A DNA stretch of 64,000 bases from NCBI GenBank assembly GCA_010909165.1, contig VJWM01000135.1, forward strand, positions 620,001 to 684,000. Reading direction: 5' to 3'. The position numbers and the translations under genes are program-made. Under the pieces are notes generated by a model. That model searched no databases. It worked only from the letters and a program-made list of their open reading frames with translations, and was not told the origin of the DNA. Position 1 is the stretch's first letter. The number at the start of each line of letters is the position of its first letter. Below are positions 1 to 11,898 of this stretch, one piece after another. The DNA is from Anthoceros angustus. Lineage: Eukaryota > Plantae > Anthocerotophyta.

Positions 1-406
1 CTCATGATCTTTTGCAGAAACTAACCAAACTGCTGCAGAGCAATGGAGAGAAACTACCCGAACTGCCACCAAAATTTCAGGACCTGTGTGCCTTCTGGTG
101 TGAATCCATTGCTCTTTGGGGGAGAAATCTGTTGGTCCCTGGCATATGTGGCGCCCTAACCGTTGCACCTGACGTGGCCAAGTCCACAGATTCTTGAAAA
201 CCCAAGAAGCTGGCATTCACAGTGACTGTTCCTCGAATTTCGACGACCAATTTGGACTGTGAGAAGAGATCGAACAGGTCCAGGGTAGAGAGAGGGGGAA
301 AATTGGAGAGCATGGGGTTATGGCATGGACATGAGTCGGGCTGGGTGGGGCCCTTCAACTTCTGCTGATTTCTAAGCTTCGCCTTTGGGAAGAAGTGTGA
401 GCGTCC

Positions 407-2314
407 ATGCAGATCTCGGCGCTGCCTGCCCGTCAGAGGTGGTGGTCCACAGAGTCTGTTTCCCGTCTGCCGTCTGTTCCTTCAATCCGGCTTCCCAAGC
501 GGAATTTCGTCACCAGGTCGATGGCAGCTTACGAGGAGGAGTTGGTGATTGCAGTGCGTGCTGTGAAGCTGGCATCTCGGTTGTGCCAGGCATGTGCCTT
601 GCTTGCTGTGCTAAACAGGGAGGGGTATTGGCGGTTTTCTGCTTTTGCAAGAAGATCTGGGGAGTTGGTTGGTGGCAGTGCGCTGGCATTACGAGCAGCT
701 AATAGGCGTCATGATGCAGGCAGGCGGTTCAAAGGGGTTTAGTAGCGACAGAGACTCAAGCGAAGGCGGACAAATCTCCAGTTACAGTTGCCGACTATGG
801 TGCGTGGAGCAAATTGACTGCTGTGTATGGCTTTTCTGAAGCAAACAAGCGTGGAGGAGACAGCAACTGATTAGAAAATGTGGGGTGCAGGTTCTCAAGC
901 TCTTGTCAGCTGGGCTTTGCAAAGGGAGTTGCCTGCTGGAGTGTTGTTCTCAATGGTGGCGGAGGAGGTACTTGCCTCTGGTTTGCCTGTGGCGACGTGG
1001 ATGATCTTGGTTGCGGTCGTGTAAACCTATTTGTTGCATGTGTAGGATTCAAAAGACCTACGAACGAAAGAGGGGGAGCCCATGTTGGAGCGCATAACCC
1101 AGCTGGTGAATGCAGCTATCTCAGAGGAGAATCTTGGTGTCTCGCCGCTGTCTAAGGACGAGGTGGTCGGAGCTATTGATAGGGGAAGATCACCAGGTGG
1201 ACCAACTGGCCGCCATTGGGTTTTGGACCCCATCGATGGCACGAGAGGGTACAGCTGCCTCTTTTTTGTTTTGACACATTTGGCTATGTGCCTTGTAGTC
1301 TTATCATGACGTAACTTCGGCTACGAGATATCTTGTATCACTGACAGTTGGTAATCCAGGTTTGTCAGAGGAGATCAGTATGCTGTAGCTCTGGGGCTCT
1401 TGGATGATGGGGAAGTTGTCGCTGGCGTACTGGGATGCCCGAATTTACCTTTGGCGTCTATCTCCAATGGAATTTCACTGTCCCCTGGGGAGCCTGTTGG
1501 TTGCCTTTTTTCTGCAAGGAAAGGAGCTGGAAGTTTTATGGAATCGTTGGATGGCCGTGTTCCTCCCAGGAAGGTTGGTATTAGCATGTAGAGATTTTCT
1601 GAGCTCCCTTTCCGGCGGGCAATGCAGCTAACGTCTGGGTAAACTCGTCCAGGTCACGGTGAGCGATGAAGATGATACAGCAAGAGCCACATTCTGCGAG
1701 TCATTCGAATCAGCACACTCCATGCAAGATTTGACCGCCAATATTGCCAAGGTGAATGCCTTGGTGTCACTATTGCGTAAGCAAATGCGTGGTCTGTCAT
1801 GTGCCTGAATCATTCCACGTAGCAGATGTGCTTGGCCCTTCTCTTGCATGACGTTGAGACTCGTTGCAGCTAATAGGAGTGGTTGCTCCACCAGTGCGAA
1901 TCGATAGCCAAGCAAAATATGGAGCCATGGCAAGAGGGGATGCTGTCATCTACCTTCGGTTCCCTCATGCCGGGTACCGGGAGAAGATTTGGGATCATGC
2001 CGCAGGATCCATTGTCATAACAGGTGGACGCATTCTTCAACCTCGACTACAATTGCTGGTTGTTTGACCTCGTTTAACAAGACTGGGTGACTTGGCTTGC
2101 AATGTGTTGGTAATTAATCCCTCCTTCCCTTGGATTGTGAGCAGAAGCTGGTGGGGAAGTATTCGACGCAGCTGGGCAACCGTTGGATTTCTCTCGTGGC
2201 AGATTCTTGGACCTTGAGAGTGGCATCATTGCCACAAACTCCAAGTTGAAGCCTCGCGTGTTGGCTGCAGTGCAGACTGCCCTGAAAGCGCAGCAGCTCT
2301 CCAGCAAAGTCTAG
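407..2314 (+). CDS. SAL1: 3'(2'),5'-bisphosphate nucleotidase / PAP phosphatase (SAL1/FRY1 family), 8 exons
   Basis: Exons ~407-589, 724-799, 891-967, 1046-1248, 1360-1573, 1653-1751, 1870-2023, 2145-2314 give KSPVTVADYG, VAEED, WVLDPIDGTRGF, RIDSQAKYG, YREKIWDHAAG. ATG 521 (MAAYEEEL) is preceded in frame by a putative transit peptide from ATG 407. Confidence 0.93.
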
Positions 2315-2723
2315 AAAAGTACTAGCAGCCAGATCAGATACAACCTACTTTTTAGCTGGCAGCATCGCCGATTGATCCTTTGTGAACGTCTGACACAACA
2401 CACAGGCAGACCTGCTTCCGCTTCCTGGCTTTCCCTGTTTCCCCCTTAGAACGGATTCCATGAATTCGGCCTTGAAGCAACTGTTGGTCCAGTCGCACCG
2501 GTTATCTCTGGGGGAAAAAACACAACTCACGTCTGATAGCCGATGCACACCCGATTTAGCAGCTCTGGAAGTGGTAGTAGGTTTTTAGGTCATCATCGCA
2601 TTGCATTGCGTCCCTCTCATCAAACCTTGGTTGATGTCCTCTTGGCGAATACAGCCTGTCCATTGCTTCTAATGCTTAGAGGCCAGTGAGTGAGCAGAGC
2701 AGAGCGCGCTGTGAAAGGTGACC

Positions 2724-2924
2724 ATGGCCGATCCGGAAGCGGGCAGACGCACAGCGGAATTCTTCAAGGCCGTGAACGAGTATCGCAAGCATCCTATGCT
2801 CAACAACAACATGAAACGCTCCACTCCAGGTCTGGGGATCGCTGTGATCGCCTTCGGGGTGTACCTCTTTGTGGATGGCATGGCCTCCAAGCTCGGCAAA
2901 GGCGGCCACGACTCGGAGCACTGA
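2724..2924 (+). CDS. NDUFB3: NADH:ubiquinone oxidoreductase complex I B12 subunit (NDUFB3-like)
   Basis: Single coding exon, 66 aa. EFF...EYRKHPML...PGLGIAVIAFGVYL matches the plant B12 pattern with one TM helix. Confidence 0.85.
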   Translation: MADPEAGRRTAEFFKAVNEYRKHPMLNNNMKRSTPGLGIAVIAFGVYLFVDGMASKLGKGGHDSEH

Positions 2925-3781
2925 CCAATCATCCTGTGAGACTCACTTCCCTTCTCTCTATGCAAGATTGCCTTGTCTCTGCTGGATCTCGTTCTCGCAG
3001 CTCGTTGTACTTGCTGAGTTTGTCGTGGTCATGCCGGCTCGTTCTAACAGTGTGCCGTTTTAACAGGAAGGGAACATGATGCACCGAGATGGTGGACAGG
3101 CGGGGGATGGATTCCTAGCGTGCCTGTCACAGAGTTGTCAGCAATGTGATTTTTCCTTCCTCTGCTCCACCTCCCCGTCCTCCAAAACAGGATCTTGCTC
3201 AGCCATTTCGACTGCAAATGCTGCAACTGTGCAGGAGCTTGTGAAAGATCCACTCGGTGTGTATCAGTTGGTTACAAACTGCATCCATCTCACACAGTTT
3301 CTGTGATCAACCAGAATGCTCTGTGATCAATCAGATTCCTTTTATCCATCAATTGCTTGGTTCTGATCCAATCAAATGGCTTTGATCCAATCAAATTGCT
3401 TTCGTCCACTCCAATTGCTTTCGTTACATGAAAATTAGCAGTGGACTGTGCAACCGTTTGCTGTTGGGAACATATCCAAGGTGAACAAGGAGACATGATT
3501 AGCGCATCGCAACACACCACGCTGCGAATGTGTACTTTAGGTCAAGGACAATGTTTCATGACGCGGATATTGCCACATTGCTTATGTGGATGTGGATGAG
3601 AGATAATGCCGTATAGCAGAAGACGGGTGTTATTAGGCACTTGGGCAATTCAGTCGGAGCGCGACTTGTCCGGGCTCCCTGTCCGAGGATTGTGGGCCGT
3701 GGTTTCCAGCGCGACCTCGGCTGCGCTCACACACCCGTCACTGGTTTGTCCAGAACAAGAGAGCCTGAACTTGCGGGAAAG

Positions 3782-6528
3782 ATGAGGAGGTCATTTATAT
3801 CCTGGTCAAGGCAACAGCTTCCGCAGCAGCTGCATGAGAACTTGGCTCCAGTTATCCCACCAGAGATAGACGAAAGGACGAAGAAGCTTGCGCAAGCGGA
3901 CGTGTTTGGCAGATCTTGATTGATTGATCCAGGTTATGGCACTCGGGATGTCGGCATGGCAGAAGGCCCAGGATGTCACCCACCTGGCATTTGTGAGGCA
4001 CGACAATGGGAGGAAAGCATGGATGCACAATAGAGGGGCAGGAAGGGGCATGAGGATGTATGAAAACGCTGGTTGTGGGCAGCTCAATGGGTCGGTCTGT
4101 TAGCGACAGTTGCAGATTAGCTTTGGCATTGGCCATCGCAGAAGGGCCCACTGCCCCGGGAACGAAACGAGATGCTGTCCAGAGGCGGTTCTGCATTCCC
4201 AGGTCCTCACAAGCAGGTGCCTCATCGTGTGCACTCGTCGGGGCATCCGGCGGGTACCAGCTGGCGCGGAGCTTGCCAACTGAATGTTTGGACTGTGGTT
4301 GGAGTCCTTGCATTTTGTTCAGTCGCAGTGTACGCATTGCACCTGACAAGGAGGCCCGTCTCCTCCGCAGTTCAGAAGGCGAGCAACCCCAGGTATTGGG
4401 CAATTATTGATGCGGGTAGCAGCGGATCCAGGCTGTATGTATTCAAGTACGTGTACGATGGCAAGCTCCCTAGAATTGATTGGGAGGAGTCGGTGTCCAA
4501 GAAGGTTACTCCTGGATTGCCCTCGTTTGCGGGGAATCCAGAGGGTGCTGGCCCATCGTTGTTGGAACTCGTGGACTTCTCTCACGACAAAGTCCCAGTC
4601 GAGGAGTGGCAATCGACCAGGGTGTACTTGATGGCCACAGCTGGGCTTTGGTCGGTGAAGGAGCCTGTCAGAGACAGGATACTGGAGTCGTGCAGGGCAG
4701 TCCTGAGAGGCTCAGGATTCCGTTTTAAAGATGAATGGGCATCCGTCAGATCAGGTCACTTACTTTCATCTCTGTTTCTGCACTGGATTGGGTCTCCAGA
4801 AAGAGCTATTTGGATGCTTGTAGGAAACTCAGCTCTTGCAAATCAAAGAAGAATCTAACGCTTGCTCTTTCTCTACCCAGCCACGGATGATGGGAAATTT
4901 GTCTGGGTCGCTGCCAACTATGCACTGGGCACCCTTGGAAATGAACCTCGTGACACTGTCGGGATTGTTGAAATGGGGGGGGGCATCGGCTCAGGTAACC
5001 ACGCTGATATCGAATGTGCACGAGTGCTGTTTCACTATGAGCTTGGTCTAGATTAAGTTCTCTCTTTGCAGGTGACTTTTGTCCCAGTTTCACCATCTCC
5101 CATGGAGCACGTGGAGAAGGTGGTGCTGGGAGGTGTAACCTACTCACTGTACATACATAGCTTCCTTCAGTTGGGACAGGTGAAGATGTGTCTACCGTTA
5201 CAGATGGCTAACTGCTGCCTCTTTGAGGGAACGTGTTGTATTAAGTTTTGTGCTTGGTATTCCTGTAGGAAGCAGCATGGAAGGAACTGTCACATCTGCT
5301 CTACTCTGCTGCTGTTAGAGCATGTACGTTAAGGGATACAGTTCAAACAAACAGATCTACAGTTGTGCATTGGTCCTTATGCCATTGAAGTTCACAGATG
5401 TCAGTATGAACTTGGCGCCCCGGTTGGTAATATATATTGCTGGAACTCGTGCAGCTTCGCCTGCTGCAGAAAATGGGATTGTAGTCGACACATGTACGCC
5501 GAAGGGTTACCATAGAACTGCAGAGGCTGTGGCAGGGGAGGCTTCAATTGCGCCCACACTTTCAACCATCCTGTCATCTGGAGATTTTGCCAAGTGCCGT
5601 AAAGCAGCTCTTCATCTCTTAGAGCATGGCAAAGGTTTGTGACTGGTCCATTTGTCTCTCAACTTTCTTGCTAACTGGATGAACGGAGACGTGTTTCTGA
5701 CGCAGTTCCTTATTGCCAGATAGCTGCCAACACACGCAATGTGCCGTTGGATCCCATTTTGTTCCCGAGCTTCGTCGAAAATTTTTCGGAACTGAAAATT
5801 TCTTGTATACGTCTCAGGTATGCCACTGTTGGCAGGAGTTCTTTGAGCTCCTGCTGTGAAGGTAGAGACACACGGGGTGTGGACTTTTTTGGGTTGACTG
5901 AGAATCGCTTCTGGGACTAAGTGTACTCTTGTTCGACTCATGACTCTAGTTTTCCGGGTTACCATCCAATGCAACTTTATCGGAAATTGAGGCTGCTGGA
6001 GTTTACTACTGTGAGAGCGACTGGAGTAAATTACAGCAGCAGAACAGCCATATCCTAAAAGACGATTTGCTGAAGTACTGTTTCTCCACATCATACATTG
6101 TGGCGCTGTTCAATGATAGCCTTGATATTGGGATGCGAGATGAAAGGTTAGCTTCTCCTTGTCGTCAGGCATGGTCAAGCAGTATCACTTTGCTCTTGCT
6201 CTTCTTCGGCTCACTGGCTTCAGATCGTTAGCTCTAATTCATACTGTTGCCTGTCATCAGAATAAAGTTTACAAATCAGGTTGGCAACATTGCTCTGAAC
6301 TGGGCACTCGGCGCATTCATTTTACAGACGGGAGAAGATATTCTGGAGCAATCTCCGGTTGGGTTGTTGAGAGACGATGCCGTGACAATTCTCTCGCTGA
6401 CGGGCTCTGCTTGCATACTTGTCCTTGTCTTGTGGTTTATCATGCGCTGGCGGAGGCCACACGTAAAAATTATCTATGATATGGAGAAGGGGCGGTACAT
6501 CACAACAACAGCACGACTATATAGATGA
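3782..6528 (+). pseudogene. APY6-like apyrase (GDA1/CD39 NTPDase); frameshifted and catalytically degenerate as assembled
   Basis: IIDAGSSGSR, MATAGL, ANYALG, HSFL, TENF, YCFS, WALGAF and C-terminal IYDMEKGRY are present. The G9 run at 4975-4983 breaks GGASAQ; ACR2 has R>W and ACR3 has E>D. 5' exons are uncertain. Confidence 0.7.
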
Positions 6529-7278
6529 CGAACGTTTTGCTTAGGTCTTCTACCATTCGATGCGGATTCACATTTTAGGCATCCCTGGTGACTGGATCAA
6601 GCCCAATGCGTCTTTCACCTGCTCTACAGGGACATATCAGCCCTGGCATGTTTACCTTCTCCGACTGGCAAATGAGTACAATGCAGCCTCCCGGATGTCA
6701 AGTCTACTTTTGTATGTATAGAAAGAGATTTTCCTCCAGTGCAGGGCGATAAGACACACCATCTGAGGATGTGCTACTTATCTGCATAATTTCATCTTAG
6801 CCTTGTCGATGCAGCCAAGAACGTTGGCGTGTCTCAAACCACACATAAAAAGACCTGTCGGAAGTTTAGGCTGAAGCGTTGGCCGAGCCGCTAGGTAGGT
6901 AATGAACAGAGTATGCTGCGTAAGTTCAGTTCCTGTCCTTGCCAAGATAAGCAGAAGCATCGAGTCCAAGACCTGACTTCAAACTAAACTCTCAGGTGCG
7001 CACAATACATGGGCTAGAGCATACAGTAGCTGTAGGTCACGGAGCTGGCATGGAGGAACTGACTGACGGAGGCTTACATGAGGTACGAGGTGACAAAGCT
7101 GCCGCAAGAGATGAATCAACTTGCACATTGGCAGACAGTCCACACGGTTCCTTACTCTGGCACTCTCCATTGACACCACATGATTCGAAAGTGTATAACA
7201 TTCACCGGTAGCGAGGACGGCAGATTTGTACAAAAGAATATGTACATTCGGGGTTGGGGACCAAAATATCACAGTCCC

Positions 7279-7700
7279 TGTAACCGCTTGGACCTGGACC
7301 TGGACCTGACCTGCACCTGAACAGAGACAGAGACACAGACTAGGCCTACTCTAAAGCCGGGGACGAGAATAACCCTGGCATGAAGGGGGAGAACGGAGGT
7401 CATCTGCCTCGTAAGGAACATCAGCGTGGCTACTGCCCTTAAATGGCGACTCTCACAGTCAGACTAGTCGAGAGAGCCAAGACATTAAGGGAACAAGGCA
7501 TTGGAGATGTGAAGAGAAGGTCCACCTATACGTTGGCCCTATGCTCACAACTTCCGGGTCTACAGCGCAGCTAATCGGTCCACAGAACTGAAAGGACTCA
7601 AGTGACTCATCAAAACTGATAGGGTTGTTAGTAAGTGCTCTATAAAAGCATAATCCAAATCCTCCTTTCTTCTTGCGCATCAACAACATTGGCGCACGAT
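7279..7700 (+). mobile_element. Possible LTR (TGTAAC...CAACA) followed by a PBS-like TGGCGC
   Basis: TG at 7279, CA at 7688, TATAAAA at 7641, TGGCGC at 7690. No partner LTR is seen. Confidence 0.35.
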
Positions 7701-7711
7701 CCGATTTTGGA

Positions 7712-7831
7712 AGCGGGGCAGACGGGCTGCCGCGTTGTCCACGGACAGGGAGAGCCTCTATAATGGTGCCCGAACAGCGGGGCAGACGGGCCGCCGCGTT
7801 GTCCACGGACAGGGAGAGCCTCTATAATGGT
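7712..7831. repeat. 64-bp tandem duplication
   Basis: agcggggcagacggg(c/t)...gagagcctctataatggt starts at 7712 and 7776. Confidence 0.9.
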
Positions 7832-7859
7832 ACCTAAAAAGCGGAGCGCAGCGTAAAGC

Positions 7860-9627
7860 TGACGTCGTATACCTGCAAGCGGTTCTCACGGCTCTCATAC
7901 GCCTTGCAGAAGGAGCCAGTGTCCTCACATTCTGGGATTTTTAGAAGATTGAGGCGTTTCACGCATCTAGCTGTCAACCTATATTACATAGCGCTTGGCT
8001 AGCAGGTTGGACATACGTGTCTTTTAACTCTTGCAGCTGAAATAAAAAGAGTTCTTCTCCATCCTTTAGATAACGTTTGAGGTCTTTGTTAGCGATATAT
8101 CAAAACTCTTACTTGAGAATTCCACAATTCACTTCGTGCTCTTCATCTAGATCTGTATGGTGCGTGAGTTCACATTCACATATACCTTATTGGACTTCAT
8201 CCATTTCATTATCCATATCTACAACCATGAAGCTCGCTGCTCCTTTCCAATTCGCTATCTGCAAATGCAATTTCACGTACGTATTGTAGCATTCCTTTAA
8301 CTTACTTCACTCCACATGGCTCAAATGTACTAGCCTATATCGAACCAAGCTTGCTTGCTTTGCTAAGAGAAAAAAATTTATGTGTTGCTGCCAAATCAAG
8401 CAACATCCTGACTTCTACTCGAATTAGACATCGACGTATGTACATGAGCTCTCCACCCACCCTTGTAATAGTACCGTCCAAGGCACTTTGGGACTCACCA
8501 CATGCAGCATTCGCAACATGTGGCCGATCGCGTCACTTGGGATCTTCGGATTCGGCCAGTTTTATGATCCCGAGTGTGCGAGGCTAAGGATCCCATTCTA
8601 CTACATTGAGAGTCTTTCAGCACTTGGGCATAATGTCCCGGCTGTCCATATGATTGGGACATTTGCAAAAGGGGTTTCGTAAAACACCCCTCTCCCTAGT
8701 AGTGAGAGTAACAGACTCTTTTTCAAGAACCCATTGAAACTGTTCTCTGAGCTCTGCGGCCTCTGCACACTCCTTGAACTTGTGCTGCAAGAACTAAAAA
8801 GGTCAATGAGAAGCGCAAGCATATACTCAAGAAGTATCCTGCCGATCATCCGCCTCAACTGCTTGAAGATTCATTTTCAGGAGGATGAGTAACGTGACAA
8901 AGGAAAAGTCACCGCCTAAAGATACTGCGGGACCATTTGGAGATAAATTAGAGGATTAGAAGGAGCAAATGGTGGAAGCCCTTTATCAAGTTCTTCCAGA
9001 ATGTCTTAGAAGATTTGAGGACTTCCAGGAAAAAGGCGAAGTATAATCTTACAACGTCAGGAGAAGCTATATTAGAGTCAAATGCTATATTCCAGACACA
9101 TTTCATTCGAGTACATCCAACTCCTTTAGAAGATTTCCAAGCAATACCCGTAGTCGATATGCCCATACTAGAGCTTGACTACTGTAGTCAAGCTCTAGTA
9201 TCCTCGGCAGTTTCTCTGCTCTAGTAGTACAAGCAGAGAAACTGCCAAGGACATTAACGAAAATGGAGTTGCAAGAGGCAATCCAAGAGGAAATTTATGC
9301 GAAAGACATCGAGAAGGTGACTTGCGGATTTTGCTTCACCTTTTTCTTGGAATTCTTAAATCTTCTAAGACTTATGGAAGAACTTGATAGAGGGCTTCCA
9401 CCATCTGCCTCCTGCAATCCTTTGATTTATCTCCAGATTGCCCCGCATTATCTTTAGGCGGTAACTTCTCCTTGTCACGCTTCTCGTCCTCCTTCGAAAA
9501 TGAAGAAACTTTAGGCAGTCGAGGCGGATGATTGGCGGGACGCTTCTTGAGCATCTGGTTGTGCTTCTCATCGACCATCTTGTGCTGTCTCTAGTCACTC
9601 AGAGGAATAGACTACGCTCTGATACCA
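7860..9627 (-). mobile_element. Degenerate Ty3/gypsy-type gag-protease internal region with tRNA-iMet PBS
   Basis: Minus strand: PBS TGGTATCAGAGC (9627-9616), gag-like ORF 9578-9372, knuckle relic GQPGHYA (~8650-8625), aspartic protease relic VRMLLDLAATHKF (~8415-8372; cf. LLDSGATHNF). Many stops. Confidence 0.7.
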
Positions 9628-9630
9628 CGA

Positions 9631-10635
9631 AGTAACGCCCCTCACTATGCAGCCAGTAAGGAAGCGCAACTGCTAGCTTCCTAACGGTTTAGGACTTCGT
9701 CAATTCACTCCACATAGAGACTTGCACAACTCTCTGCACTCTCAACCTCACGACGCAGCACTAGGCTCCAAGTAGTCCGTTGTCAATTGATGACTTGCAG
9801 GCCACCTCCTTGAGGTGCTTCTTTTTATTTCCAAAATACACACTTGAGTCCGGCTATCTATCCCAACTAGTTACTACCCTTGACTCAAGGGCGAGCTCAT
9901 TCCCAGAATATACACTTGAGTCTGGCTATCTAACCCAACTAGCTATTACCCTTGACTCAAGGGTAAGCTCATTCCTAGAATACACACTTGAGTCTCACCC
10001 TCTACCCCAACTAACTACTACCCCTGTCTCAAGGGTAAGCTCATTCCCAGAATACTTGAGTCTAGCTATCTACCCGCAACTGGCTACTACCCTTGAGTAC
10101 TGGCTACTACCCTTGACTCAAGGGTAAGCTCATTCTCAGAATACACACTTAAGTCTAGCTATCTACTCGGAACTGGCTACTACCCTTGACTCAAGGGTAA
10201 GCTCATTCCCAGAATACACACTTGAGTCATACACACTTGAGTCTGGCTATCTACCCCAACTGGCTACTATCCTTGACTTAAGGGCAAGCTCACTAGCTAG
10301 GCTCTCCACAGCTCTCTCAACACAAGGTCTCCACAGCTCTCTCAACACAAGGTTTGTAGCACATAATGAACAAAATAATGATTACTCAAACTCTTGCTCT
10401 CGCCCTTACATATCCGGCAGGCTTGCCTTAACTAGGCAGCTACTAACTCGAGGGATTCTTACAAACCACTGATCACTAAGAGTCCTCTCCAGGTAGCTCT
10501 TCTTTAGTAGATCTAGCAATTCCTCTCTAATAGAAGATTGCATGAATCATGCAAACATGCATCTTCTCAACAAGGCAGCTACTAATTTTTTTACTTCTTT
10601 TAATTTTTTTTACCTTTCTACCTTATTTTATCAAG
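9631..10635 (-). mobile_element. 5' LTR of the element above, with internal ~72-bp tandem array; outer end eroded
   Basis: Lies 3 nt from the PBS and is homologous over its length to 10972-11580 (e.g. ctaggctccaagtag, cactaagagtcctctc, gattgcatgaa). Confidence 0.7.
9830..10293. repeat. ~72-bp tandem repeat, about 6 copies, internally palindromic
   Basis: Unit agaatacacacttgagtctggctatctaccccaact...cccttgactcaagggtaagctcattc contains CCCTTGA-C-TCAAGGG. Confidence 0.9.
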
Positions 10636-10833
10636 GGATCTTTAGTGAAAGAACTATTTAAATCATAAAAACAGGGCACACCCATAGTAGTTGTGAAAGC
10701 TAGAATGGTAAAAACTCGATCCGCCAAAATAACTGAGGGAAAAGAGAAAATGAGCGCAAAACTATCGAAGCGCAAAATAGGAATGAAGAACGGATTCTAA
10801 GAGGCACCTCGGACCAAAGTGGGCGAAGTTGGC

Positions 10834-11709
10834 GATCCGGGGATTTAGGGTTTAGGATTTTGAAAAACATGGCGACTCTAAGTGTCTCGCTTACTCTACA
10901 TAGTAACTCGCCAAGTGGTACATTTCGATGAGCACGACTCGAGTGCAGTCGAGAGACAAGCACCAAAGACAAGTAACACCCCTCAACTGTGACCCGATGA
11001 GAAGCGTCAAGTCTTGGCTTCCAGTCTAGGATCTCGCCAATTCACTCCACAAGAGACTTGCACAATTCTCAACGCTCTCAACCTCACGACCACGGCACTA
11101 GGCTCCAAGTAGCCAGCGTCTGCGGCCGCCCACCTCCTCGAGGTGCTGCTCTTTATTACAAGAATAGCGATGGAATCGGCTATCATGGCCCAGCTCACGC
11201 CCTTGATTCCATGACAAGCTCCCCTTGATTCCATGACAAGCTCACTAGCTAACTCTCCTGACTCTCTCAACACAGGCTTGCAGGCGCTGCCTCTCTCAAA
11301 GAGTAAGTCCCACTTGTAACTTGTTCCTCAAAGCCCTTGCTCTAGCCCTTATATATCCATGACTGACCTTAACTAGGCATTTAAATCTAGGAATTCTTAC
11401 GGACCACTAATCACTAAGAGTCCTCTCTAGGCTCTTCATTTGTGGCGTAGCAATTCCTCTCTAACAGAGATTGCATGAAGCATGCAACACATGCATCTTC
11501 TTAACAGGGCAGCTACTAACTTAGCTTTTTACCTTTTTCAATTTTTCACCTTTCTACCTTATTTCACCAGTGCCGTTACTGATCCGGGGATTTAGGGTTT
11601 AGGATTTTGAAAAACATGGCGACTCTAAGTGCCTCGCTTACTCTACATAGTAACTCGCCAAGTGGTGCATTTCGAGGAACACGACTCGAGTGCAGTCGAG
11701 AGACAAGCA
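10834..11709. repeat. 129-bp direct repeat (10834-10962 and 11581-11709) flanking the solo LTR
   Basis: gatccggggatttagggtttaggattttgaaaaacatggcg...gagagacaagca occurs twice with few mismatches. Confidence 0.92.
10972..11580 (-). mobile_element. Solo-LTR-like copy with AGTAAC...GTTACT inverted termini
   Basis: Begins agtaacacccctc and ends gtgccgttact. Related to 9631-10635 but lacks the 72-bp array. Confidence 0.7.
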
Positions 11710-11898
11710 TAAATGCCATAACTTGTCGACATCCACTGCCGCTTCGTTCTTCGTTTCTGTGCCCCATGGACTCTATGCACTAACAATTCTCTCGCATCCC
11801 CTAGTAGAAGCATACATGGTGGAGGAAGCAAATTGTGTTTGCCAGCAGGCGGGTGAGGCTTGATTTCGAGGTTGCGGGCGTTGCAGCAAGAAGGGACG

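Noticed and set aside
4649-4651. U-to-C editing restoring Arg in the apyrase
   Set aside because: Plant PPR editing is organellar; CpG deamination is a simpler explanation.
9780-10127. ORF with 24-aa repeats
   Set aside because: By-product of the 72-bp array inside an LTR.
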